DNA of 50,171 nucleotides from Candidatus Omnitrophota bacterium (GTDB lineage Bacteria; Omnitrophota; Omnitrophia; Omnitrophales; JAQTRP01): NCBI GenBank assembly GCA_028711765.1, contig JAQTRP010000001.1, positions 1 to 50,171 of the forward strand, read 5' to 3'. Shown piece by piece: positions 36,101 to 42,953 of this stretch (position 1 is its first letter; each line of letters starts with the position of its first letter). The notes under the pieces were generated by a model. It saw only the letters and a program-made list of their open reading frames with translations, ran no database searches and was not told where the DNA came from. The position numbers and the translations under genes were made by a program.

Positions 36101-36766
36101 TTTGTCTCGTGCCACATCGAGGGATTTTCTCATCCTGTTTATTTCATCAAGCAGTCCTGCCTTCGCCTCCTGAGCCCGGAGAAACGCCGTCCTATCATCT
36201 TCATAAAGCACCGTATCCTCGAGGGCGTAATAACCGGCGCCTGTCTCATCACACATCGCTGAGTACTCAGTGCCTGAGATTTCGCCCTTTGCCATCACGC
36301 GATCAAGGATTTTGCCCTTCAGTTCCTTATTCGGGAAGGCCTGAATCGGCAGAACATCAAATTTGCCGCTTCCGCCTTCTGTGGCAATGAGAGACGCGCC
36401 CTGCGCTTTGAAGTGGTCTATTATCGATACGATACTCTTCTGGGCTTCATAGAGACAGTGGGCGTCCTGTATATAAATGACGATGCCTTTCTTCGGATCG
36501 CCTTTAAAAACCTCGCCCGTAAAACCTAAATTTTGTGGAACGGTTATGGCGTAAGGGTCGGTCGCAAGCGTAAACGGCAGAGCCTCAAGATTCGGCTTTG
36601 CTACTTTATCATTAGGCGCCGACCAAACGACTGTCTGAAATGAGAAGACGGCTGCTACAGAAAGGGCAACGACGCGCAGCCAGTAGGGCGCATTCCCCGA
36701 ATGCGCCGCCGATCGCCGGGCTGTTTGGGAAACAGCCCCTACAAATATGTTTAACGTCTTCTTCAT
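27134..36766 (-). CDS. Giant (3210 aa) membrane-anchored multidomain protein; function unknown
   Basis: Uninterrupted ATG-initiated ORF with GGGGAG 9 nt upstream. Motifs seen by eye:
- hydrophobic anchor at aa 29-48;
- IYIQDAH (97-103) with LVTGGFH (488-494);
- kinase-like DVHPNN (1490-1495) and VVVDLG (1511-1516);
- RRQFF plus a hydrophobic stretch (1621-1641);
- HELVH (1830-1834);
- GNAT motif A KKDARDGGLGSFL (2748-2760);
- eight G-x-S-L-G linkers. Confidence 0.9.
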   Translation of the reverse strand: MKKTLNIFVGAVSQTARRSAAHSGNAPYWLRVVALSVAAVFSFQTVVWSAPNDKVAKPNLEALPFTLATDPYAITVPQNLGFTGEVFKGDPKKGIVIYIQDAHCLYEAQKSIVSIIDHFKAQGASLIATEGGSGKFDVLPIQAFPNKELKGKILDRVMAKGEISGTEYSAMCDETGAGYYALEDTVLYEDDRTAFLRAQEAKAGLLDEINRMRKSLDVARDKIYSGELKQFDAALSNYKEGKISLIDLICVIRDKSVEKKLFLARYPKLASLIQNVNAEEKADGSDSKRFRQFIDKAEAALSQFFAKDRTHKEKQRELARIKQSYQIGRASRFSYARELFEVLRKLGLEEGPQSEMKDVFDFPLDIREMQGTELFSEIKSVSKEIKSSMFKGEDDKTLDSLYERLSVLENIAKLELARDDFAEYEKSRGLYDIKVFNDFLSKFGEKTQFKLDLKWAERFYELAIKREEVIYNNFEDLVSSEKAKAAILVTGGFHKQGITRHFRENNISYIIVSPSFSNFDDSSYLRVMRGEYTLNADKLEAEFARRAPRSDYAHLHNSLVTWRVRIIDEAMKQGKIAEAGRYTRYVDDLFDIIDRELSRYTIAVPVLAAVGEKGHEEFIKAMMILFADDALLTSGDPAEYILGQLNDAAKQNLGMGIIEFLNKRAGEDEKFRKALEELIRTWPEVWGYLSGALSEKGITEDGFRNLVKAAIAQAPAGRTALLEGTTVVARERLGQLGLGEEDIKGLVDKVGQMKGVNLSAVSKVAYDKMSPADQEMYSNVEKVIRETLKDRGLRDEDLPLLTALVANLASAAPAGRSLGMKEAAEAVIKELEAKKARTRRAMTNKDMEAIKGASLGAKVEKAAEALKDAIAEKTRTGGPVSKNYLEEAISKAARRHGISKEDLEGHLDMEGLRGLPLPSATGKKLTAETDVSLAPSGVTSPASAPATLTHEPDEVLMNLITGSEREIDTLQFILDNNVGDISGKEKEYEDKIKELKAKVSALKSILRDKEKGEEDFMKVPLEENPIIFYAIDSDEGIRQEVERLVNQKYKSYVGAEGFSDFIEECILGAVGKTKADFEASTAYSVLLYYDSDEEGRPRFKIERSSREKDTVATVISTFVFDRFKAGFRWIEIGVEPKGAGVTATPTSPELPTKVTIIPSETTAVKIAVDKKPFATETAVAMFGSIKAMKIVPQDSGAIEEAAAKVFGSKENTPQLLPMGNFIGIQGMSTAQVMVYIFEQPDVVENYVMREAEAKGMEYSPALAGAVKKELLSQLQSSNIGATREDLIRITTALSGRSLGAVELPLSLEEDAWVNEAGDSYVGGRKEEIIDKVQDLFGDAFKFSRNLENVYGISGALPEHLEKVEMKYFISSTEKHVFKIRLRIKDQYRKIYEKALSPDGELKLLFAFKEGAIEDNEIASLQVLQWTKFIPRFGSPYRNSYVEEWIDGLTVKDAVKIQPLSPKERETVVSTYIQLGIQNSKAKGREEYFNDVHPNNIMFRGKQRDPENPDLVVVDLGLLRGSRQRSKDFLLSRLFLYYEDRNDLKRSRRQILDGIGKAFRSAFPDDSKLSEFLNDALENENTNLKQDQINLVRGWLQKTVPIGGEGASLGTAQAEAGKGFNRRQFFVSLGALGTAFVLGVGGQSVAQEQTGSIRIIRGPTGEYSVLVPKGTSRQIIAALEGARRKVKDPDLKKLLEDRIMDERLENGSAFSSERLPPSIDTRIYPIDFLMNITGYKVPNITREMVERSVGVSNNPEFRGMVRDAHNLLKKKFNLGDEADGASVLFVRGLDDNSFAMVPRGVKLVVVGLDAFEKEEGSRADKVYWIAQKIYHELVHVVNNIKSPGMPPLLDESLAFRATRQILEEYRNYLARTGKAGPDVLGNLKANVDGQKLVEKAFEIISSDRNRGEFCGLINIGTDDFKDIYYKNVQVLGEFIGIELINLKDGTWSKWIWVGPAGKMHKELIKKASVGEPITIAATPLPNIIMPDSILAKAAEAAGIPAAPAGASLGEEFEGNYSWEGDVDRDLAQGIIALAKLGGRWIEGPPPVVKNAAEEAVGPRLGKDAVRRYRYPELFTVPDKTTPGIKGPVRFIDPAKGYETIVVSESEWNLINSGDVEACARLAYMFMQSWVASYNAASGDNLINKREARLLGRVAEHIVLANALIGEVPMLSYDAKVSDPYSRMMARAIVLTGSLKNDISRQLSELINIRKEVKEQEEIVANQKRFAEGIEPKPGEAVRYSVQEVPSLKTEEAAEIHLEALLDTAEIETQKIKNQLSGLNDQIEYLQGEKPAAGNMGRNLVLQRDVLVERLLRLEDLADDAKAELTENGAYLTVADEPSGEDLADLLNAVQKPLRFDEAAYSEAVRRLRETEERAAKELQAKAVLEGRALGEKFVKDGFMEKLDFDLAELFARNLGALRRNGEFVSQIATLSPEQKSDLFEWFKEHEPSRAGMVGNVLQVIDGTVYKVDFSKVELLPDLREGGPEENLLRLGDREGILAHGVSLEKGGVVNLLSIMLDGRIKTGKSGVVDYSTLNKGTTQTPTSAGPFGPLYVVLRRNSEDGKLEDFFGKDIPASFHEAYLVPNEATRSFYEAAIKQAGVQGLITDSKEKELLAKLKTYKAFIDERNAAQITPGASLGFKTELQEAVRQGTKYAHEDKGAALNFRQFLDAAEKAGVGYAEAKKLLQGLAIEDSALESVNSFSREDPSNPELKFFDELFVYVDSQGETQGCCLIEIDRRNNTGNLKWLFVKKDARDGGLGSFLMGVFFGELKEYGMTKATISAYQDAFGFYQKYLGQIYGARPNVDYMLGAGEGPDGNITITIDLTKLTSSSKPGILSPAGRSLGMEKTAADVIAYYMLKEVLPGADIGIKEPAAADVVSVLANWESLKHDRVESLVRGWIRKKTLEYSDSRALLCRILEAGINEETVREIEGLVADYNAIAPEGQKIVPDKTGAFIQSAAKILTDASLIYASGTPEKMVRPAAWMEAYGMEPGDLSEALGLSVNLLDVPLDQLKPSGTPAFFFIDFNSITTGLDKVAQKQLIQALALKLGQDSRLVISGDSDDVSNIPVWLREVKSGFVLGKNLRIIRRVDVATKRDIAKWLEEAKGINNAVFVMKSLETEDAKKLTEIVARRAKDKLTLFFSFDMAKQTRASVNPFFALLLRVAFDAEAVLGKFPDIVKSIRVENNCYIVEVDLDRLEAIRDSAAAIARAA

Positions 36767-37380
36767 TCTAATTTCTCCCCTGTATAGAGCATGAACTTTG
36801 CCCGAAGTTCCTTAGGCACATTCCTGAACCTCACGGCCAGCTTAACCGAGCCGTCATCCTTGATGCGCGTGACACGGCCTTTCATCTCGAGATTAAGAGG
36901 CGGCGCGAAAATAGTGTTCAATTTGAAATGAAGGTCTATGGGGTCCCCGACCCGCGGCAGGCCATCCTGCTTTTCATAATCAACCACCTGAAGGAAAACT
37001 CCGGTATGAGAAATATTTAATATGTCCGCTTTGCCCGAAAGGTTTTTTCTGTTTGGTATCGCGATATCGAAGGAGCAATCTATACTTGTGTTTATGCGGA
37101 CGGCCTCTCTCTGTTCGCGCCTTTGCCGCTCATGGTTACCGTTTAAATCAGCCGCGCTCCCCAAAAGATAGGTTTCGATATCATGCCGGCAGTAACGCCA
37201 TTTCTTGCCTATCCGGAAAGACTTGATTATCCCACGTTCTGAAAAGTAATAAACCGTGGAGAGGGGCAGGTTTAGAAACAGGCTTACCTCTTTGGGCGTC
37301 ATCACCCCTGAGTAAGGTTTTTTACCTCTAATATCCCTTGTTTTCATCACGCCGACCTTGGTACTTTCCAATGTTTCCAA
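36763..37380 (-). CDS. HTH (excisionase/MerR-like) - PilZ fusion protein, putative c-di-GMP-responsive regulator
   Basis: MTPKEVSLFLNLPLSTVYYFSERGIIKSFRIGKKWRY is an excisionase-type HTH. RREQR ... NISHTG is a PilZ RxxxR/(D/N)xSxxG pair. The track start 37380 is a TTG; the ATG at 37347 is an alternative. The TGA stop overlaps the ATG of the giant ORF (ATGA). Confidence 0.75.
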   Translation of the reverse strand: METLESTKVGVMKTRDIRGKKPYSGVMTPKEVSLFLNLPLSTVYYFSERGIIKSFRIGKKWRYCRHDIETYLLGSAADLNGNHERQRREQREAVRINTSIDCSFDIAIPNRKNLSGKADILNISHTGVFLQVVDYEKQDGLPRVGDPIDLHFKLNTIFAPPLNLEMKGRVTRIKDDGSVKLAVRFRNVPKELRAKFMLYTGEKLE

Positions 37381-37563
37381 TATTTACAGCACCTACAATA
37401 AGTATACTTGGATAATTAACAAATTACAAATCTTGCAAAAGTCTTTAGTGCGCATATAAGGTATTGATATTAAATGAGATAGGTAAAAAGTGCTAAAATT
37501 GTTTAAGCGGTGTAATTTGGGTTAACAAATAGGCAAGAAACACACTATGAGGTCTTGTTTTTA

Positions 37564-37619
37564 CTATACGCTATACGCTATACGCTATACGCTATACGCT
37601 ATACGCTATACGCTATTCT
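37564..37619. repeat. Perfect heptanucleotide tandem repeat (CTATACG)x7 plus a partial unit
   Basis: Seven exact units at 37564..37612. The next, imperfect unit CTATTCT provides the TAG stop (37615..37613) of the FtsX-type permease gene. Confidence 0.95.
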
Positions 37620-39973
37620 ATATTGGTCTTCCGGATAACATCGGCTATCCGAAGCCGCCCAATATAGAAAAGTCCGGGGATGGTGGCGAGGGGAATACAC
37701 AGGAGGGCCGGCAAGGTAACTTTAAGGAAATCGGTCCAGACAAGCGTTGTGCTCACATTAAACCAGGCGCGAGAGGCCTGCCAGTTGACTATGTAAGCCA
37801 AGGCGATCGAAATAGGAATACACAGAGCCATAGCGGTAACGCCCATCACCAACGCCTGCGCGAAGACGATCCTTAAGAGAAAGAAATTCTTATGGCCGAG
37901 AGACGAGAGAATGACAAACTCGCGCTCTTGATCCATAACGTTAATCGTAATACTGTTGACCATCACAAGAACGGCTATCGCCGTCCCGAGCGCTATGGCA
38001 AGATAAACAACGTTGGTAATCTGGGAGATGCTCTCCGTAACGCTCTTTTCCATTTCGCGCTTAAAAACAACCCGCTCGACAAAGGGCTCTGACAAGAGTG
38101 TCTGCTCTAATTTGTCCGCGGGCATTGCCGACTTAATCATTACGGAAGTCACCTTCCCTCCGAGGCCGAGGATTTTCTCGGCGGTGCCGCGCGGCACGTA
38201 TATCTCGCCGGAGCTTATGCGGGAAGTCAGGCCGACAACGGCGAGCTTAACCGTCCCTTCCGAAGATTGCACTTCGAGTGTGTCTCCGAGCTCCACTTTG
38301 CCTAAGCTTCTCAGGCTCTGATTAAAAACCGCCTCCAAGGCATCGTTCGATGAAAAAGGCCGCCCCGCCGTGAGCTTCATCTCTTTAAGCTTCGATTGGA
38401 ACGGAACGCCGATTATATTAAAATTTCCCTCGCGCGACGATCTCCGTACTTCCGAATAGCCTTTCGCGATCGGTTCCCACTCACTTATCTCAGGCAGGGT
38501 CTTTATCCAATCCGAAACCGTACCGTATCCTTGAGGATCGTCAAAGTCCACCATCGCGTCCCATTTCTCCTGCCCAAAAAACTTCTCGGAAGTAACCGCG
38601 ACGGAACGCAACGCTATAATAAAAGACGTGGCCATCCCCACGCCGAGCGCTATCACAAAAACGTTTCCCGCCGTCGCCCTAATCCTGCGGAAAAGCGTCC
38701 TCATAGCATATTTAAGCGGCGCCGAAAGCGTCGGTAACTCGGTGATGCGGTCCAATAAAGCCACAAATGTCCTGCTGAACGTCTCCACTTGCCCTCCGCG
38801 GATCGCCTCTACCGGCGCCAAGCTTACTAACCTTAAGACCGGATACAAAGCCGCCGCGATGGGAAGGAATATACCGAACACAATACCCCAGAGGATTAAG
38901 CGGCTGTCTACAACCGGCAGGCCCTGAGGAAAACCGATTGCCTTCGCGTAAGACGCAGCGAAAAACGAATTTATCTCAAACGAAGCCGCGATGCCAAGAA
39001 CCGATCCTAAAAGGCCGATCACGAGGGCATTTATCAAGAAGGACCGGAGTATCTGCAGCTTGCCGTATCCCATCGCGAGAAACGCGCCCACCTCACGGCG
39101 CTGGGACATAATCAATTTATCCATCGTCATAAAAACTACCATAAACGAAACGAGCGCGAAGACAAAAACGACGACCGGTATAAAAATATTAAACCTCTGA
39201 AAGTTTTCGTTGAGGTATCGGTTGGCGAACTGATTCTTGAGCGGGACGACCTTGGTCAGCTTAATACCGCGCATGTGACTTAGGACCGCCGCTTGGGTAG
39301 ATTCTGCCTCATCCGGATTGACATAGCGGAAAAGGGCTTGATTATAGACGTGGACCTTAGAAGTACGGTACAAAATGCGGTCGGAAAGATAAATGACCGC
39401 GAGAGAACCCGGCGACGGAAAAAGAAGATCGGGATTGGTGGTGGTGATAAGAAACTCGGGATTCAACGCGATTCCGCCGACGTTAAACTCATAGGGCTTT
39501 CCGCCCCACCTCACAGCAATTTTATCACCCACCTTTATGCCGTAATAAAGCGCCGTGCTTCTTTCAAGAACAGCCCGTTTCATATCATAGTAGCGAAGGT
39601 ATGTGCCGTTCTCCACTTTCAGTGAATTCACCGTGGGCAGGTGCTCGGCACCGAGAAGGACAAGCATTGCCGTGATTAACCTGCCGTCTTTCTCAAGGTA
39701 AGCCGACTCGACGCGGCGGAACTGAACGGATTTAACATTGGGAAAATCGCGGAAAGAAGGCAGTTTGCTCTCTTTCACGGGATCAAAGCTTATCGTGAGG
39801 TCGGCCATATTGAGTTCGCGGTAAAGAGTCGAGCGGGTGTTCTCGAGTGTTTCGCGGGAACCCAAGCCGCCCACAAAAACAGCGATACCGCAGGCGAGCA
39901 CCACTATAACGAGCAGCATCCGCCATGCAAGCTGCCTAAAATCCCGTAATGCTTTTATCGTTAGCTTTTTCAT
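37613..39973 (-). CDS. ABC transporter permease with two FtsX/MacB-type domains
   Basis: 786 aa. Two repeats, each with one TM helix, a large loop and three TM helices. It lies directly downstream of a MacB/LolD-type ATPase gene. Confidence 0.8.
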   Translation of the reverse strand: MKKLTIKALRDFRQLAWRMLLVIVVLACGIAVFVGGLGSRETLENTRSTLYRELNMADLTISFDPVKESKLPSFRDFPNVKSVQFRRVESAYLEKDGRLITAMLVLLGAEHLPTVNSLKVENGTYLRYYDMKRAVLERSTALYYGIKVGDKIAVRWGGKPYEFNVGGIALNPEFLITTTNPDLLFPSPGSLAVIYLSDRILYRTSKVHVYNQALFRYVNPDEAESTQAAVLSHMRGIKLTKVVPLKNQFANRYLNENFQRFNIFIPVVVFVFALVSFMVVFMTMDKLIMSQRREVGAFLAMGYGKLQILRSFLINALVIGLLGSVLGIAASFEINSFFAASYAKAIGFPQGLPVVDSRLILWGIVFGIFLPIAAALYPVLRLVSLAPVEAIRGGQVETFSRTFVALLDRITELPTLSAPLKYAMRTLFRRIRATAGNVFVIALGVGMATSFIIALRSVAVTSEKFFGQEKWDAMVDFDDPQGYGTVSDWIKTLPEISEWEPIAKGYSEVRRSSREGNFNIIGVPFQSKLKEMKLTAGRPFSSNDALEAVFNQSLRSLGKVELGDTLEVQSSEGTVKLAVVGLTSRISSGEIYVPRGTAEKILGLGGKVTSVMIKSAMPADKLEQTLLSEPFVERVVFKREMEKSVTESISQITNVVYLAIALGTAIAVLVMVNSITINVMDQEREFVILSSLGHKNFFLLRIVFAQALVMGVTAMALCIPISIALAYIVNWQASRAWFNVSTTLVWTDFLKVTLPALLCIPLATIPGLFYIGRLRIADVIRKTNIE

Positions 39974-40001
39974 ATTTTGCTTACAACTTAAAGCTTATAA
40001 C

Positions 40002-40718
40002 TTACGACTTCTTTCTAATTTCCGCGACCTGGCCGTCCTTGAGCCTCACGATCATATCGGCCATTTTTGCGATCTCTTCGTTGTGCGTGACGATCACGAC
40101 GGTGGCGCCGCAGTAGATGACCCCGATTTTCATAAGATCGACGATCTTATAGCCCGTCCGCTCATCGAGCTGCCCCGTCGGCTCGTCCGCCAGCACAATC
40201 TTCGGTTCGCGCGCGAGCGCCCTCGTAATCGCGGCGCGCTGCTGATCGCCGCCCGAAAGCTGAAACGGAAATTTCTTCCTCTTATCCTCGATCCCCACAG
40301 CGAGGAGATAACGGGTCGTGCGCTCAATGATTTGCTTGTTGCTCAACGGTAAAAGCTCGAGCCCGGCCTCGACGTTTTCCTCGACTGTCAAAGTGGAGAG
40401 AAGGTTCGAGGCCTGAAAAACAAAACCTATTTTCTGGCGCCTGAATTTGACAAGCTCGGAAGAGTGTTTCTTGGAAACGTCCTCGGAATCCACGATCACC
40501 TGTCCCGACGTCGGCTTATCAATACCGCCGATCAAATTAAGGAGAGTGGTCTTGCCCGATCCGGAAACGCCTACAATAACGATAAACGACGCCGGTGGAA
40601 TTTCCAGATTGACATTCCTCAGGGCCGGGATTTCAACCTCTCCCACCTTATAGGTTTTAGAAACATTCCTGAGCCGGATTATGGGAGCTGTGTTTGTAGC
40701 GGTAGGAGGAGTAATCAT
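40002..40718 (-). CDS. ABC transporter ATP-binding protein (MacB/LolD type)
   Basis: Walker A GVSGSGKTTL, signature LSGGDQQRAAI, Walker B IVLADEPTGQLD. Confidence 0.9.
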   Translation of the reverse strand: MITPPTATNTAPIIRLRNVSKTYKVGEVEIPALRNVNLEIPPASFIVIVGVSGSGKTTLLNLIGGIDKPTSGQVIVDSEDVSKKHSSELVKFRRQKIGFVFQASNLLSTLTVEENVEAGLELLPLSNKQIIERTTRYLLAVGIEDKRKKFPFQLSGGDQQRAAITRALAREPKIVLADEPTGQLDERTGYKIVDLMKIGVIYCGATVVIVTHNEEIAKMADMIVRLKDGQVAEIRKKS

Positions 40719-41021
40719 AAGTTCTTCCTTTCAATAATCTTACGGTCGTTGCGAAACGTGCAGGCTGCGGCTAGCGCACCGCCTACTCTCCCCCCAAAGG
40801 GGGAAGAAATGGTTAATTTGCCTCTTAGTTTGGCACACAGGAATTTTTTTTCAAGATAAATCTTCGCAGGACATATCCCGATTCCCACGAAGTTAAAATT
40901 GAAAAACTCCGCTGCCGAAACCGAGTGCATTTTTTACTGTCATTATAGGCGGTTATAAATATAATGGTAGACACAAATCGTCATTACGGGTGCCCGGCAC
41001 CAGATCGTAGACTTAGCCTAT

Positions 41022-42869
41022 ATGAAACTACCTAAAACAATCATTTCAATAATTATCCTCGGCGGAATTGCCTTTGCCTTCGGTTGCGCAAAAGACGTAA
41101 AAACCGCAAAAACCCCTGTTGTCTCAAATATCTCTCTTGTCTCCGACCTCACGGGCAAAGAAAAGACCGCTATCAGAAAAAAAGAGAAAGTCGGGCCGGA
41201 AGTTTACCCGGAAATAATGAGTCCCAACGCGCCGCTTGTGCTTGCCATACCGGGCCTCGTGATACCGGGCGAGAAAATCACGCAGGAAGAGCACTTTGGC
41301 AATCTCGTTGAGCTCCTGACAAAACAAGGGTTTCCCTGTAAGGTCCTCGCCTACGATACAAAGGACAATCCCCTGACAAGCATTTCCGATCTCGTCTCCG
41401 AGCGCGCCTCTATCGCGGCGACACGCATCGGCCCTCTTATCATGCGCGAGATCGAGCGCGAAAACCTGCGTCGCAGCGAGTTGAAAATGCCGCGCGTTAA
41501 GAAGGTGGTCTTTGTCTCCTACAGCCAGGGCTCGGTCATAATATTCGAAATCGAGAAAAATATCGTCCGCTACAGGCGTGAATACGCCGATTTCGTAAGG
41601 CGTTTCGGGATAGAATGGGAGCGCCTTCTCAAAGATCCGGAATTCAAAATCGTCAACGAGGTACTGGATGACGCAATATTTCTAGAAAATATCCGTGTCG
41701 AACATCCTGAGGCCTTCGAAAACGACGCCTACCTCGAGAAGGTCCGCGAACGCACCCTTGAAAAACTGCATAACAAAACCCGTATGCTCTTTGACTATCT
41801 CGACGACCCGTCGGACGAATATCCAAAAATCAAAAAATTCGCTTCGATAGAATCCGACAAGTACCCCAAGAGATATGACAAGCTCGCCGCTTACGCGCGC
41901 GAACTTATGAAAAACGAGGACGAGGCGAAGAAATTCGATATGTTCCTCGTCGATTTCACCCGCCTTCGCACGCTACTCGAGGTTGAGCCGCGGGTCATCT
42001 CTCTTGCGGGTTCCTTCTTCGGATCGCCGCGCGCGAACACCGGATACCAAATGATTAAGGATAACCCCTTTGGCGGACTTGTGGGCGGGCGCATAGCGCG
42101 ACAGGTGGAAGAGACACGGCTCGGCAGCGAACATCAGATTAAGACCGTCGAGATACTCGCTTCGCTCGAGAAAGAGGGCAAGTATCCCATAAACCGCGAC
42201 AGGTCGCTTTTTGTTCTTGGTATGGATGGCGATAAGGGCGACGGTTATGTCGACCAGTCGAGCGCCCACTTGAGCGGACACACCTTTACATTAATCGACA
42301 CCGAAAAAGACATACCGGAAAAATTAGAAAAGGACGAAGTGCTTACCTTTCCCGCCACAAGGCTGCCTGAGATGAACGTGGTGCCGCTCAACGTACGGCA
42401 TTTTCCGGAGGGGGATATTCCCGGAGTTGCTTACCTGACGGAAGACAATCCGGTATTCGATTACCTGCTAGCCTTTATCTGGGAGGATAATAAGTGGATT
42501 GAAGAACAAATCGCGGTATCGCCCTATAAGGTAAAACAATTTATGATTCAGGTCACCCTTCAAAATCCCAAACCTGTCAAACACGTTGAGCTCAATAAAA
42601 TAGTCCAAACAGATGACATCAAGCTGGAAGAACACTTCTACAATGAAAGGTCAAATACATACGTCTGGACGGGACACTTTGTCGATGGCAAGAAACCTGA
42701 GAAAACCGACGAGGGCTGGGATAAGGTTCTTGAAGCGGGCGAGATTACCTTTGAGCTAAAGATAGAACATAAAGAGCCGTTCAAATTCGCAATATCCGTA
42801 TACCCCGGATCAAACTCCTTCGCGAAAGTAATCGTCCACAACCCTCAGGGTGAACCGGTAAACCAGTGA
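41022..42869 (+). CDS. Lipoprotein with an alpha/beta-hydrolase-like (lipase/esterase) core
   Basis: Lipobox IAFAFGC. Nucleophile-elbow-like VVFVSYSQGSVI. 615 aa. It is the only plus-strand gene. Function inferred weakly. Confidence 0.5.
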   Translation: MKLPKTIISIIILGGIAFAFGCAKDVKTAKTPVVSNISLVSDLTGKEKTAIRKKEKVGPEVYPEIMSPNAPLVLAIPGLVIPGEKITQEEHFGNLVELLTKQGFPCKVLAYDTKDNPLTSISDLVSERASIAATRIGPLIMREIERENLRRSELKMPRVKKVVFVSYSQGSVIIFEIEKNIVRYRREYADFVRRFGIEWERLLKDPEFKIVNEVLDDAIFLENIRVEHPEAFENDAYLEKVRERTLEKLHNKTRMLFDYLDDPSDEYPKIKKFASIESDKYPKRYDKLAAYARELMKNEDEAKKFDMFLVDFTRLRTLLEVEPRVISLAGSFFGSPRANTGYQMIKDNPFGGLVGGRIARQVEETRLGSEHQIKTVEILASLEKEGKYPINRDRSLFVLGMDGDKGDGYVDQSSAHLSGHTFTLIDTEKDIPEKLEKDEVLTFPATRLPEMNVVPLNVRHFPEGDIPGVAYLTEDNPVFDYLLAFIWEDNKWIEEQIAVSPYKVKQFMIQVTLQNPKPVKHVELNKIVQTDDIKLEEHFYNERSNTYVWTGHFVDGKKPEKTDEGWDKVLEAGEITFELKIEHKEPFKFAISVYPGSNSFAKVIVHNPQGEPVNQ

Positions 42870-42953
42870 GCCGGTGTGCCGGTTGATCGCCTATTGGACT
42901 GGCAAAATCGGATGAGATTAACTCGCTAACTGGCTAACCCGCTAACCAGCTTA
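42867..42953. repeat. Octamer arrays starting at the stop codons of two convergent genes
   Basis: Plus sense from the lipoprotein stop: TGAGCCGG TGTGCCGG TTGATCGC (42867..42890). Minus sense from the polyferredoxin stop: TAAGCTGG TTAGCGGG TTAGCCAG TTAGCGAG (42953..42922). Confidence 0.8.

Noticed and set aside
37547-37876. 109-aa + strand ORF beginning MRSCFYYTLYAIRYTLYAIRYTL
   Set aside because: The repetitive N-terminus is the heptamer microsatellite read through three frames. The remainder is antisense to the FtsX-type permease gene.
40831-40846. Sigma-54-like TGGCAC box upstream of the lipoprotein gene
   Set aside because: The -12 position reads AATT rather than the TTGC(A/T) consensus. 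The box lies about 190 nt from the start codon, and no enhancer-binding protein gene is nearby.
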